A stretch of 64,000 nucleotides of DNA from positions 1,088,001-1,152,000 of the forward strand of contig CAWJMB010000002.1 in assembly GCA_963843845.1 (NCBI GenBank), given 5' to 3'. The notes beneath the pieces were generated by a model that saw nothing but the letters and a program-made list of their open reading frames with translations, ran no database searches and was not told the origin of the DNA. Every line of letters starts with the position of its first letter. Position 1 is the stretch's first letter. This DNA comes from an uncultured Gemmatimonadaceae bacterium. Lineage in GTDB: Bacteria > Gemmatimonadota > Gemmatimonadetes > Gemmatimonadales > Gemmatimonadaceae. The position numbers and the translations under genes were made by a program. This document shows positions 22,630-32,060 of the stretch, piece by piece.

Positions 22630-23244
22630 TCAGTCGCGCCGGAACCACATGATCGCCGCTCCCGCCACGGCCGGCCCCATCGACGCGAGCGCGACGTTGC
22701 GGTGCCGGCGTGCCTCGTCGACGCCGCGGTCGCCGGCACGCGAACCCAGCACGCCGGTCGCCACGAACCCCGCGTCCGACGCGAGCATGAGGATCGTGTG
22801 CAGCGTGCGCCGTCCGCGCCCCGGCTCGACCGTGCGAGACTCGTAGAGGTTCCACAGCCCGGTCACGGTGTTGACCGTGAACAGCGCGCCGACGCCGATG
22901 GCGACGGCCGTGTGCGCGGAACGCAGCCCGTCGTCGGTCGACGTGCGACGGCCGGCGTAGAGCGCTTCCTTCTGATCGAGCAGGCGGTCGCCGAGGACGT
23001 ACTGCGCGGCGAACAGCGGAAGCATCGTGTAGCTGGCGTAGCGGTGGACCGCGAGTCGGCGCGCGTACGCATCGCTCACCTCGACCGCCCGACGACGGGG
23101 ACGGGTCGTGTCGCTCGCCGACGCGAGCGGCGGCACTTCGATCCCGGCCGGCCGCGCGATCGGCGTGAAGGTCGAGGTCGGGTCGGCCGACGTGGTGTCG
23201 GCCGCAGCGAGGGCTGCGGCGGCGAGCAGGGGGAAGAGGGTCAT
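22630..23244 (-). CDS. Hypothetical membrane protein with His residues in or near TM segments
   Basis: Signal-like N-terminus. His in VHRYAS, AHTAVA, LHTILM, HRNVA. Confidence 0.7.
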   Translation of the reverse strand: MTLFPLLAAAALAAADTTSADPTSTFTPIARPAGIEVPPLASASDTTRPRRRAVEVSDAYARRLAVHRYASYTMLPLFAAQYVLGDRLLDQKEALYAGRRTSTDDGLRSAHTAVAIGVGALFTVNTVTGLWNLYESRTVEPGRGRRTLHTILMLASDAGFVATGVLGSRAGDRGVDEARRHRNVALASMGPAVAGAAIMWFRRD

Positions 23245-23359
23245 GATGCCGAGGAGCGAGGTGAAGCGGCGAGCGCGGAACGACGTCGGATAGATATCCA
23301 GTGCGCCCGCCCCAGTCGTCGGGGCGAGGCCGGCGAGTGGTCCGCCGGCGCCGACCGGT

Positions 23360-24208
23360 TCAGCGAAGCGCGCGCCGCACGTCGTTCAGCACGTCGAGCA
23401 GCGGCGTCGGACGGGCCGGCGAGGCGGTTCCCTGCTCGAGCTGATCGAGCACGTGCTCGAGCGTCGTCTGGATGCGCTCGACCGTCGCGCGGTGGCCGCG
23501 TGCGACCGACCATCCGGCGCCAGCACCGATCAGCATCGGCACCGCGGAGAGCGCGAGCATCACCGCCTCGAACGCCGGCGCCGCCGCGATCGCGGCGAAC
23601 GCCGCGACGCCGCCGCCGACGAGCACGCCGCCCCCGGCCGCCACGCCGCCGGCCGTGAGCCGCTGCTGCCGGCTACGCTGCACGTCGACATCGAGCCGCA
23701 CGAGCGTCTGTCCGTCGCCGGCGTCGGCGAGCGTGACGGCGAGCGACGTGACGCCGCGCAGCACGCGCCCGTCGCCGCTGCTCGTGAACCCGCGCCGCAG
23801 ACTGCCGAGGACGTCGGTGCGCGGCTCCCACAGCGTTCGCTCGCCCTGTCGGCGCACGACCTGCAGGCAGGCGTCGCGGTCGAGCCACCGTTCGAGCGCC
23901 GCCGCCACCGTCGCGCGCGGCAGCGGCACCACGCGCGCCGCCGACGCCGTCGCCGGCCCGGCGACGCTCGCCGCGAGCCCGTGCTCGACCGGCAGCGCGA
24001 TGCGCGTGCGCTCTTCGGCGATCGCGCGGCGCACGTGGTCGATCGACAGGCCGGCCTCGCGCGCCACGTCGACGAGCTGCGCCTCGGTGAGCGCGCCGCC
24101 GTCGGCCGGGTCGCTCGACGTGCCGTGCAGCTCCGCGGCGCGTGCGAGCACGCGGTCGACGGCGGCGCGGTCGAGCGCCGGCACGCGGACGGGTAGACGG
24201 TCAGCCAT
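23360..24208 (-). CDS. Hypothetical membrane-associated protein
   Basis: 282 aa with two C-terminal TM segments. TAGATT lies 6 nt upstream of the ATG. Confidence 0.75.
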   Translation of the reverse strand: MADRLPVRVPALDRAAVDRVLARAAELHGTSSDPADGGALTEAQLVDVAREAGLSIDHVRRAIAEERTRIALPVEHGLAASVAGPATASAARVVPLPRATVAAALERWLDRDACLQVVRRQGERTLWEPRTDVLGSLRRGFTSSGDGRVLRGVTSLAVTLADAGDGQTLVRLDVDVQRSRQQRLTAGGVAAGGGVLVGGGVAAFAAIAAAPAFEAVMLALSAVPMLIGAGAGWSVARGHRATVERIQTTLEHVLDQLEQGTASPARPTPLLDVLNDVRRALR

Positions 24209-24237
24209 GCGTGAAATCTACGAGGCGCCGAACGCGC

Positions 24238-25383
24238 TCAGATACCGCCGAGCACGATGTCGATCTGTCGGGCGAGCGCGTCGGCGAGCGTCGCCGGCAG
24301 CGGAAACGTCGTCGCGAGTGCGGCGGCGGCGTCAGTCGTCGCGCGTCCGCCGGCGACCGCCACGTAGTAGCGCGCATAGCCCGCGGCGAGCTCCGGCGCG
24401 GTCTTCTGCAACAGCAGATACCCGCCGCGCACCTGCGCCGCACTGACGTAGCGATCGGCGAGCCCCATCCGCTGATCGGCCGGCGACACGTTGTCGCTCA
24501 CGACGGCGCCTGCCGTCGAGCCGACGACCTCGTGCACCGCGACGTACACGGCCTCGATCGCCGCCGCCTCCGTCGCCGGGAAGGTGACGGTCACCGTCGT
24601 GCCGTTCGGGCCGCCGCTCGCCGTCCGCCCCTCGCCGCCCAGCGGCAGCGACAGCACGAGCTCCCCGGTGCGCTGCTGCGTGTTCGCGAGGAATCGGGCC
24701 AGCTTGCGTTGGGTCGTCGTCCACGCGTCGGTGACCGCGGCGCGCACGCCGCTCCGCTCGCGCTGCTGCGCGCTCCAGTACGACGCGTAGAAGCGCGTCT
24801 GCTCGTCGTCGAGCGCGCCGACGAAGACGCGGAGCCACTCGCGGTCCGCGGCCGTCGCGAACGTGCCGGCGAGCGACGCGACGGCGAGCGCCGACGCCTG
24901 GTCGCCGGCGCGCTGCGGGTCGCCGTTGGTCTGCACGAGGAGCTGCGCGGCGCGGCGCAGCTGCTCCCACGAGTCGAACGCGAACGGCGCGAACTGCGCG
25001 TTCAGCGCGAGGCGCGGGTTCGCGCCGAACCGCGCGCGGAGCCGGTCGCGCTCGGCGTCGAGCCGCGTCGTCACATTCCCTCGCAGCCGCGCCGCGCGCA
25101 CCTGCTCGGCGTAGCCGCGGCGGAAGAGCGGCACCTGTGCGGTGTCGTCGATGAGCAGCGCGAGACCGTGCAGCCAGAGGTCGACGTGGTCGCGCGACTG
25201 GACCGGCCAGACAGGCACGGTCGCCGCCGACGCCGCCGGTGTCCCCGGGGCCGGCGCAGGCAAGGGGAGCGGGCCCGTGCCTTCGGGCGCACCCGAGCGC
25301 GACGCGCAGGCGCCCAACGCCACGGTGCCGAACGTCACCGCGCCGAGCGCGATCGTGCGGAATCTGAAGCGGACGGTTCTCAT
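24238..25383 (-). CDS. Hypothetical lipoprotein
   Basis: MRTVRFRFR...ALGAC lipobox. ATG overlaps the upstream stop. Confidence 0.75.
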   Translation of the reverse strand: MRTVRFRFRTIALGAVTFGTVALGACASRSGAPEGTGPLPLPAPAPGTPAASAATVPVWPVQSRDHVDLWLHGLALLIDDTAQVPLFRRGYAEQVRAARLRGNVTTRLDAERDRLRARFGANPRLALNAQFAPFAFDSWEQLRRAAQLLVQTNGDPQRAGDQASALAVASLAGTFATAADREWLRVFVGALDDEQTRFYASYWSAQQRERSGVRAAVTDAWTTTQRKLARFLANTQQRTGELVLSLPLGGEGRTASGGPNGTTVTVTFPATEAAAIEAVYVAVHEVVGSTAGAVVSDNVSPADQRMGLADRYVSAAQVRGGYLLLQKTAPELAAGYARYYVAVAGGRATTDAAAALATTFPLPATLADALARQIDIVLGGI

Positions 25384-26042
25384 GGGAGTGGTCTCGGGTC
25401 GGGCGCGCCGAACGTCGCGCTGTCGGCGACGACGCGCCCCGGGTGCGACAGCGCGTAGACGAACGCCGCGACGGCGGCGGTCTGCTCCTCGCTCAACTGC
25501 TCGTCGTACGCCGGCATCGCGATGCGATACGTCGGCGTCGCCGGGAGCCCGCGCGCGACGATGCCCCGGATCGCCTCGAGCGAGCCGCGTGCCATCGACG
25601 GCGCTCGTAGCGAGGGGGCCAGCGTCGGCACCCCTTCGCCGTTCGCGCCGTGGCAGCCGAGGCATCGCCCGACGCGCCGGTAGACCTCCTCGCCGTTCAC
25701 GCTGTCGCTCGCGGTGATCGTGACCGAGTCGCCGAACGCCGCGAGCAACGTGTCCGTCGAGTCGACGTGATCGGAGTGATCGAGTCGCGGCCGCGCGACC
25801 GCCGCCAGCAGCTCTGCCAGGCTGTCGGTGGCGGCCGTGTCGCGCGCCGTGTTGCTCTGGAGCACGCCGACCCCTGGCGCGAAGCCGTAGTAGAGCGCGC
25901 CGAGTGCGAGCGCGACGACGGCGACCGCGAGGAGGGAGAGGACGGGCCGGACCCACCGCCGACGTCGGTTGGGGTACACCCGCCGTCCGGACCTGCGGTG
26001 CGCGGACCGGTCGCCGCGCCCTCCGCCGCGCCGCGGGCTCAT
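25380..26042 (-). CDS. Membrane-anchored c-type cytochrome
   Basis: N-terminal TM, CLGCHG heme motif, distal Met in AMPAY, QLSEEQTAAVAAFV. Confidence 0.85.
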   Translation of the reverse strand: MSPRRGGGRGDRSAHRRSGRRVYPNRRRRWVRPVLSLLAVAVVALALGALYYGFAPGVGVLQSNTARDTAATDSLAELLAAVARPRLDHSDHVDSTDTLLAAFGDSVTITASDSVNGEEVYRRVGRCLGCHGANGEGVPTLAPSLRAPSMARGSLEAIRGIVARGLPATPTYRIAMPAYDEQLSEEQTAAVAAFVYALSHPGRVVADSATFGAPDPRPLP

Positions 26043-26746
26043 CGCGCCGCGTCGCCCTCGTCCATCATGCGGCCGCACGTGATGCAGTACCGCCAGCCGA
26101 GGTCGAGCTCGGTGCTGCACGCCGGGCAGTGACGCACGGTCACGTTCTGCCCGCAGGAGGGGCAGAACGTCACGGCGCGCCCCTCCGGCAGCGGCCGCGT
26201 GCAATAGCGGCACGGCCCGCCGATCTCGGTCGGGCCCGACGGCGGTGCGACGCTGGACAGGCCGATGTCCGACGGCACGGTCGTCGTCGTACCGACCGGG
26301 TGGCTCGCCGCCGGAACGCTCGCCGCCGGAACGCTCGCCGCCGGAACGCTCGCCGCCGGAACGCTCGACGGGTCGCTCGCCGCGTGCACGGTCGGTGCGG
26401 CAGCTCCGTCGGCGCTGTGGGCGGGCGGCGCCGTGCTCAGCGCGACGGTCGCCCGCGTGTGGTCGCGGAGCAGCGCCGCGTCGGGCTCGGGTGCCGCGAG
26501 CGCACGGCGAAACGCATCCTGCACCGCGGCGTCGAGGCGCACGTATCCACGTTCTCCCGCGGCGAGCCGCATGAGCGCCAGCTCGTACTGCCGCACCGAG
26601 TCGAACCCGAGCTCGCGCCGGTTCAGCCGATACGGCACGAGATGCTCGGCCACGTCACCGAGGTGGAACGTGCGGTCGCGCAGGTGCGGATAGCCGTCGC
26701 GGATGTTCGCGACGAGTCGGTCGGCGAGGCGGTCGAGGTCGTCCAT
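26039..26746 (-). CDS. Double zinc-ribbon domain protein
   Basis: C-terminal CRYC, CPSC, CPAC and CITC. Linker with PAASV repeats. Confidence 0.85.
   Translation of the reverse strand: MDDLDRLADRLVANIRDGYPHLRDRTFHLGDVAEHLVPYRLNRRELGFDSVRQYELALMRLAAGERGYVRLDAAVQDAFRRALAAPEPDAALLRDHTRATVALSTAPPAHSADGAAAPTVHAASDPSSVPAASVPAASVPAASVPAASHPVGTTTTVPSDIGLSSVAPPSGPTEIGGPCRYCTRPLPEGRAVTFCPSCGQNVTVRHCPACSTELDLGWRYCITCGRMMDEGDAAR
26302..26365. repeat. 15-nt in-frame tandem repeat (PAASV)
   Basis: About 4 copies of gctcgccgccggaac. Confidence 0.75.
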
Positions 26747-26809
26747 GCTGACAGGGCGGTGAGTGCGACCCGCCCTCCCGAGCACTGACCGTGCCGGCAG
26801 GCGGGCGTG

Positions 26810-26989
26810 CTAGCGTTCGAGGCGGTCGGCGTCGCGGTCGACGTCGCCGTCGTACTTCCCGCGCGCGGCGCCGCCGGCACGGTCGAGCACCCGCTCCACG
26901 ACCATCTTGTCGTGCACTTTCGCGTCCTTGTACCCGTAGACGTAGCCGATGCCGGCGCCGACCGCGAGGATGAGCAGCGTTCTCGTCAT
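26810..26989 (-). CDS. Small single-TM protein (59 aa)
   Basis: MTRTLLILAVGAGIGYVYGYKDAK..., typical codon usage. Confidence 0.65.
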   Translation of the reverse strand: MTRTLLILAVGAGIGYVYGYKDAKVHDKMVVERVLDRAGGAARGKYDGDVDRDADRLER

Positions 26990-27070
26990 GACGTCACACC
27001 CCGGATGCCACGGGGCCGGCACCCGCGCCGGACCCTCAAGCGAGGACGCTCGGCGCGCGACGGCGGCAAC

Positions 27071-27118
27071 CAGCCGCGCGACCAGCCGCGCGAGCAGCCG
27101 CCCGAGCAGCCGCCCGAC
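27071..27118. repeat. Intergenic 12-nt tandem repeat x4
   Basis: cagccgcgcgac cagccgcgcgag cagccgcccgag cagccgcccgac. Confidence 0.8.
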
Positions 27119-27121
27119 CGG

Positions 27122-27733
27122 TCAGTCGCGCGTGAACTCCGTCGGTCGCGGCGGGAACGGGTCGAGCGCAGCGCGCACGGCGCCCTTCGCGCGCTGCGTC
27201 GCGAGCCACGCGTCGAACCCCGACGGCACGAATCCCCCGGACGCCGTCTGCTCGGCCGCCGCACGCGTCGCGAGGAAGTTGGCGTACTCGTTCTGCGGAT
27301 GGCCGTTGTGTCCGCGCACCCACCGCCACCCGCGCTCGTGCCGGCCGAGCGACTCGACAGCGTCTTGCCACAGCTCGAGGTTCTCGATCGGGCCGCCTTT
27401 CCGCGTCCAGTCGCGCGCCATCCACGACGGCACCCACTGTGTCATGCCGTCGACGATGTACTTCGAGTCGCTCGTGAACACGACGCTGAACTGATGTCCC
27501 TTGCGCGACAGCCCGTCGAACGCCTCGATGACCGAGCGGAGCGCCATGCGGTTGTTCGTCGTGTCCGGCTCGCTGATCCAGAAGTCCCAGCGCAGGATCT
27601 CCGCCGACCGGGGGTGCTGCCACTCGACGAGCCCGCCCGCGCCGCCCGGCGTCTTCCCCGCGCGCCCGTTGCCGAGGCACGATTCGTCCGCGTAGACGGC
27701 GACGACGGGAAAGGTCGCGGTCGCGCCGCTCAC
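27122..27733 (-). CDS. rnhA: Ribonuclease HI
   Basis: YADESCLGN, TTNNRMAL, TSDSKY, WVRGHNGHPQNEYAN. Confidence 0.9.
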   Translation of the reverse strand: MSGATATFPVVAVYADESCLGNGRAGKTPGGAGGLVEWQHPRSAEILRWDFWISEPDTTNNRMALRSVIEAFDGLSRKGHQFSVVFTSDSKYIVDGMTQWVPSWMARDWTRKGGPIENLELWQDAVESLGRHERGWRWVRGHNGHPQNEYANFLATRAAAEQTASGGFVPSGFDAWLATQRAKGAVRAALDPFPPRPTEFTRD

Positions 27734-27951
27734 CGCACGACCTCGAAGCCGTCGATCTCGTCGACGTACAGCTCGAGCCGGTCACCCGTCGTCGGGTGCG
27801 TCGCCTCGATCATCTCGCGCCCGCCGACGAGCCGCATCCGGCGCGGCACGACGACGACTTCACGGTTGCCAGGACGGTGCACGGCGATCCGCCGTCCGTC
27901 GACGATCGCGCGCTCGAGCTGGTCGTACTGCTTCGTGGTCAGGGTGGCCAT
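27730..27951 (-). CDS. Small hypothetical protein (73 aa), translationally coupled to rnhA
   Basis: TGA overlaps the rnhA GTG. TATTCT lies 6 nt upstream of the ATG. Confidence 0.75.
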   Translation of the reverse strand: MATLTTKQYDQLERAIVDGRRIAVHRPGNREVVVVPRRMRLVGGREMIEATHPTTGDRLELYVDEIDGFEVVR

Positions 27952-27970
27952 GCGATAAGAATAAACGGCC

Positions 27971-28025
27971 GCGGATCGGGGATCGGGCCGGGGCGCCTAA
28001 CGCTCGCCCGATCCGCGATCCCCGA
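27971..28025. repeat. Heptamer-based palindromic element, copy C (GCCTAACG in its loop)
   Basis: gcggatcggggatcgggc-cggggcgcctaacgctc-gcccgatccgcgatccccga. Confidence 0.7.
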
Positions 28026-28040
28026 ATCCTCGGCCGTCGC

Positions 28041-29210
28041 TCACCCGCACCACCCCGCGACCAGATGCTCCAGCACCGCCGCGGCGCGCGCGATCTCGTC
28101 GAGCGGCACGTACTCGGTCGCGGCGTGCGCGACGCCGATGTCCCCGGGGCCGAAGCAGATCGTCGGGATGCCCGCGGCGTTGAGCAGCGCGGCGTCGGTC
28201 CACGCGCTCATCCCGGCGAGCGGGGTCGGGGCCTCGCGCGCCGTGCCTAACGCGTCGACGAGCGCGCGTACGATCGCCGCGTCCGGCGCCACGTCGCTCG
28301 CCGGCTGCGCGAAGTCCAGCGTCACGGCGAGGTCGAGCGCCGGCCGCGTGGCGCGCACCGTGTCGATCACCGTGCGGATCTCGTCGTGCACCTGCGCGTC
28401 GGTCTCGCCGGGGAGCGTGCGCCGCTCCAGTCGCAGCACACACCGCTCGGGGTACGTCGAGATTCCGCTCCCCCCGTCGATCAGCGACGCGTGAATCGAC
28501 GGCCGGCCGAGCAGCGGGTGCGGCGGGCGGCGCACGAGCGTCTCCTCCTCGAAGGCGTCGAGCGCGGCGAGAAAGTGCCCCGCGTGTCGGATCGCGTCGA
28601 CGCCGATGTCGTAGCGGCTCCCGTGCGCCGCGCGGCCGGTCGCGGTGACGGTGAGCCACGCGAAGCCGCGGTGCGCCGGCATCACGCGCAGGCTCGTCGG
28701 CTCGGTGATGATGGCGCCGTCCGCGCGAATGCCGGCATCCACGACGGCCCGCGTGCCGAGGCTGCTGAACTCTTCGTCGGCGACCGCCGTGACGATCACC
28801 TCGCCACGCAGCGTACCGCGGTCGTAGGCGCGCACCGCGGCCGCGCACATGGCGGCGATCCCGGCCTTCATGTCCGCGGACCCGCGACCGTAGAGCAGCC
28901 CGTCACGGACGACCGGCTCGAACGGGGCGTGCGTCATCCCGTCCACGCCGACGACGTCGAGGTGGCCGTTCAGCATCAGCGAGCGGCCGGTCGCCGACCC
29001 GGCAGGCGGCGCGAGCCGCGCGACGACGTTCGGCCGCCCCGGCGCCGCGTCGCGCACGTCGACGGCGAAGCCCCACGCGGTCAGCACGTCGGCGAGCACG
29101 CGCGCGCACGCGCCCTCGCCCGGTCCCTCGGCGTCGAGCGATGGATTGCGCGAGTCGACGCGCACGAGGGCCGCGGTGAGGGCGACCGCGTCGCCACGAG
29201 AAACCGTCAT
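28041..29210 (-). CDS. M20 family deacylase (ArgE/DapE-like)
   Basis: LNGHLDVV, YGRGSADMKAG, VADEE, ITEPT, GRAAHGS, WTDA, AHAATE. Confidence 0.92.
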   Translation of the reverse strand: MTVSRGDAVALTAALVRVDSRNPSLDAEGPGEGACARVLADVLTAWGFAVDVRDAAPGRPNVVARLAPPAGSATGRSLMLNGHLDVVGVDGMTHAPFEPVVRDGLLYGRGSADMKAGIAAMCAAAVRAYDRGTLRGEVIVTAVADEEFSSLGTRAVVDAGIRADGAIITEPTSLRVMPAHRGFAWLTVTATGRAAHGSRYDIGVDAIRHAGHFLAALDAFEEETLVRRPPHPLLGRPSIHASLIDGGSGISTYPERCVLRLERRTLPGETDAQVHDEIRTVIDTVRATRPALDLAVTLDFAQPASDVAPDAAIVRALVDALGTAREAPTPLAGMSAWTDAALLNAAGIPTICFGPGDIGVAHAATEYVPLDEIARAAAVLEHLVAGWCG

Positions 29211-29281
29211 GTTCGAAGAGTTGACGTCACCGCCCCACCGAACGAGCTACAGCGGTTCATTCGACGCTCGTCCGCCGACGT

Positions 29282-30373
29282 TCAGTTCATCACCGTCACG
29301 CCGTGCTGATCGACCGCGACCGGGATCGCCTCGCCGAGCGGCGTCACGGCCTCGCGCAGCTCGTCGACGCGGTCGTCGTGTGCGAACAGCAGCACGCACC
29401 CGCCCCCCGACGCCCCGAGCGCCTTCGCGCCGAGCGCACCGGCGGCCAGCCCGCGCGCCACGATCGCGTCGATGCGCGGGGTCGTGATCGCCGGGTGCAG
29501 CGTCCGCTGATGCGTCCAGTGCTCGCCGAGCAGCGTCCCGACGTCGTCGAGACGGCCGGCGCCGAACGCGTCGCACATCTCGCGCGCGATCGACCGCATC
29601 CGCGCGAGCGCGGACACGACGCGCGCCTCGCCGGCGCGGTAGCCGTCCAGCACCGCGGTGATGTTCTCCGACGAGATGCGCGACTCGCCGGTGTAGAGCA
29701 CGACCGCACGCCGCGCGAACGCGTCGAGCGTCGCCGGGGCGACGGCGAGCCGCGTCACCTGCACGGGCGGCGTCGCGGCGTCGGCGCCGAAGTCGAGTCG
29801 TAGCGCCCCGCCGAACGCCGCCGCGTAGTGATCCTGCCGACCACCGGCGATCCCCGCCTCCTCGACTTCGACGGCGCGGCTCGATTCGGCCAGGGCCACG
29901 CGTGTGGCGTGGTCGAAGTCGTCGCGATGCGTTCGGTCGGGCCCGTTCGGGCTCGATGCGTTGGCGTGAGCCATGGTCGCGTTAGGCAGCCGCGCCGTCA
30001 GCAGCGCCGCCGCCAGCGCGACCCCCGCCGCCGACGAGCCGCCGAGCCCGGCGCCGATCGGAAAGTCGCTCCACACGTCGACCGACGTCGGTGGCGACCC
30101 CATGCGTCGCAGTGCGGCCGCGGCGAGCGAGGGGAGCCGTTCGTGTCGGCCGCGGACGTCGCGCGGCGCCGGTGCGGCGGCGGACGCCGTGCCACCGACG
30201 CGCACCGTCGCGTACCGCGCGATCGCGACGTTGCAGACGCAGCCGCCGACCTCGTCGCAGTACGGAGGCACGTCGGTCCAACCACCTGCGAGGTCGAGCC
30301 GCACCGGCGCCCGCACCGTCGTCGTGCGCAGCGACGCGGGAGACCCGACCGTCGGCGCGGCGCCGGTCAGCAC
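29282..30373 (-). CDS. GHMP-family sugar kinase (HddA / fucokinase-like)
   Basis: APVRLDLAGGWTD, PIGAGLGGSSA, GGRQDHY, KALGASGGG. Start uncertain. Confidence 0.88.
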   Translation of the reverse strand: MLTGAAPTVGSPASLRTTTVRAPVRLDLAGGWTDVPPYCDEVGGCVCNVAIARYATVRVGGTASAAAPAPRDVRGRHERLPSLAAAALRRMGSPPTSVDVWSDFPIGAGLGGSSAAGVALAAALLTARLPNATMAHANASSPNGPDRTHRDDFDHATRVALAESSRAVEVEEAGIAGGRQDHYAAAFGGALRLDFGADAATPPVQVTRLAVAPATLDAFARRAVVLYTGESRISSENITAVLDGYRAGEARVVSALARMRSIAREMCDAFGAGRLDDVGTLLGEHWTHQRTLHPAITTPRIDAIVARGLAAGALGAKALGASGGGCVLLFAHDDRVDELREAVTPLGEAIPVAVDQHGVTVMN

Positions 30374-30485
30374 CAGACCCACGAGCTTGGATGATCGGCA
30401 CGTCGCATCGGGGCGAAAGGTACGTCCACGCCGCGCGTCCGCGACAGCGTGGTGCGGGGCACTCCTTTTGCCCGTGACCCCAAGG

Positions 30486-32060
30486 ATGCTGCACTCCACG
30501 ACGCACCCCCTCACCGGCCGCACGCTCATCCTGGTCTCCAATCGGGAGCCCTACGAGCACGTCGCGGAAACGCCGGCCGACGACGCGACGGGAGCGCGGC
30601 CCGACATCACGCTACGCCGCCCGGCCGGCGGTCTCGTCTCGGCGCTGGATCCGACGATGCGTCGCACGCGAGGCACGTGGGTCGCGTGGGGGTCCGGCTC
30701 CGCAGATCGTGAGACGGCCGACGCCGACGGCCGCCTCGCCGTGCCGCCGGACGAGCCGGCGTACACGCTCCGCCGCGTCTGGCTCGACGAGGCCGACGTG
30801 GAAGGGTACTACCTCGGCTTCGCGAACAGCGCGCTCTGGCCGCTCTGTCACCTCCTCGTGCAGCACTACGAGATGCGGCAGGAGTACTGGGATCGCTACG
30901 TGGCGGTGAACGCGCGATTCGCCGACGCGGCGGCCGACGAGGCGCGCCGCGCGCCGCACGCGCCGGTGATCTGGATCCAGGACTACCACTTCGCACTCGT
31001 CGCCGCGCAGCTCCGCGAGCGACTGGCGGGCGAGGCGAGGGGGACGATCGTGCACCAGTTCTGGCACATCCCATTCCCGCCGCCCGACATCCTGCGCCTG
31101 CTCCCGATGGCCGCGTGCGAGGGGGTGATGCGCGGCCTGCTCGGCAACGACCTGCTCGAGTTTCACACCGACCGCTACGCGCAGAACTTCCTCGACTGCG
31201 TCGCCGAGTTCGTGCCCGACGCGCACATCGCCCGCGGCGACCGCACCGTGCGCCTCGGCGGACGCGAGATGCACGTCGGCGTGTTCCCGATCAGCATCGA
31301 CGTCGAGCACTACGAGACGCTCGCCCGCGCCGCGGAGGGCGAGCGCGTGGCGGCCGAGCTCCGCGCGCGCTATGCCGCGAACGGGGCGGCGTTAGGCATC
31401 TCTGTCGACCGCGTCGACTACACGAAGGGGATCCCCGAGCGGTTGCGCGCGCTCGACCAACTGTGGACCGAAGCGCCCGAGCTGCGCCGGCGCCTCACGT
31501 TCCTGCTCGTGGCCACCCCGTCGCGTAGCGAGCTGCCGTCGTACCAGGCGCTCGAGGACGAGGTCGTCGCCGGCGTCCGCGCGATCAACGAGAAGTTCGG
31601 CGACGACGCGTGGACGCCGATCGTGCTGCGTCACGAGAACGTCGACGCCGCCGAGCTCGCGAGCATCTATCGCGCGGCAGACGTGTGTCTCGTCTCGTCG
31701 CTGCAGGACGGAATGAACCTCGTCGCGAAAGAGTTCATCGCATGCAACGTCGACGAGCGGGGCGTGCTCGTCCTGAGCCGCTTCACCGGCGCCGCGACGG
31801 AGATCGACGACGCGCTGCTGATCAACCCGTTCGACGTCGACGATGTCGTCGACGGCCTGCGCCGCGCCGTGACGATGCCGCTCGCCGAGCGACGCGCCCG
31901 GATGCGGCGCATGCGGACGCAGCTCGCGCGCGCGACGATCTTCGACTGGCTCGACGCGATCCTCGCGCACGTCGACGCGATCGCCGCCGCCCCGTCGACC
32001 GACCGCCGCTCGCTGACGCCGAGCACGATCCCCCTTCCGCCGACGCGTGCGACCGCTTGA
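30486..32060 (+). CDS. otsA: Trehalose-6-phosphate synthase
   Basis: VSNREP, GGLVSAL, YYLGFAN, WIQDYH, FWHIPFP, VDRVDYTKG, DGMNLVAKEF. Confidence 0.95.
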   Translation: MLHSTTHPLTGRTLILVSNREPYEHVAETPADDATGARPDITLRRPAGGLVSALDPTMRRTRGTWVAWGSGSADRETADADGRLAVPPDEPAYTLRRVWLDEADVEGYYLGFANSALWPLCHLLVQHYEMRQEYWDRYVAVNARFADAAADEARRAPHAPVIWIQDYHFALVAAQLRERLAGEARGTIVHQFWHIPFPPPDILRLLPMAACEGVMRGLLGNDLLEFHTDRYAQNFLDCVAEFVPDAHIARGDRTVRLGGREMHVGVFPISIDVEHYETLARAAEGERVAAELRARYAANGAALGISVDRVDYTKGIPERLRALDQLWTEAPELRRRLTFLLVATPSRSELPSYQALEDEVVAGVRAINEKFGDDAWTPIVLRHENVDAAELASIYRAADVCLVSSLQDGMNLVAKEFIACNVDERGVLVLSRFTGAATEIDDALLINPFDVDDVVDGLRRAVTMPLAERRARMRRMRTQLARATIFDWLDAILAHVDAIAAAPSTDRRSLTPSTIPLPPTRATA

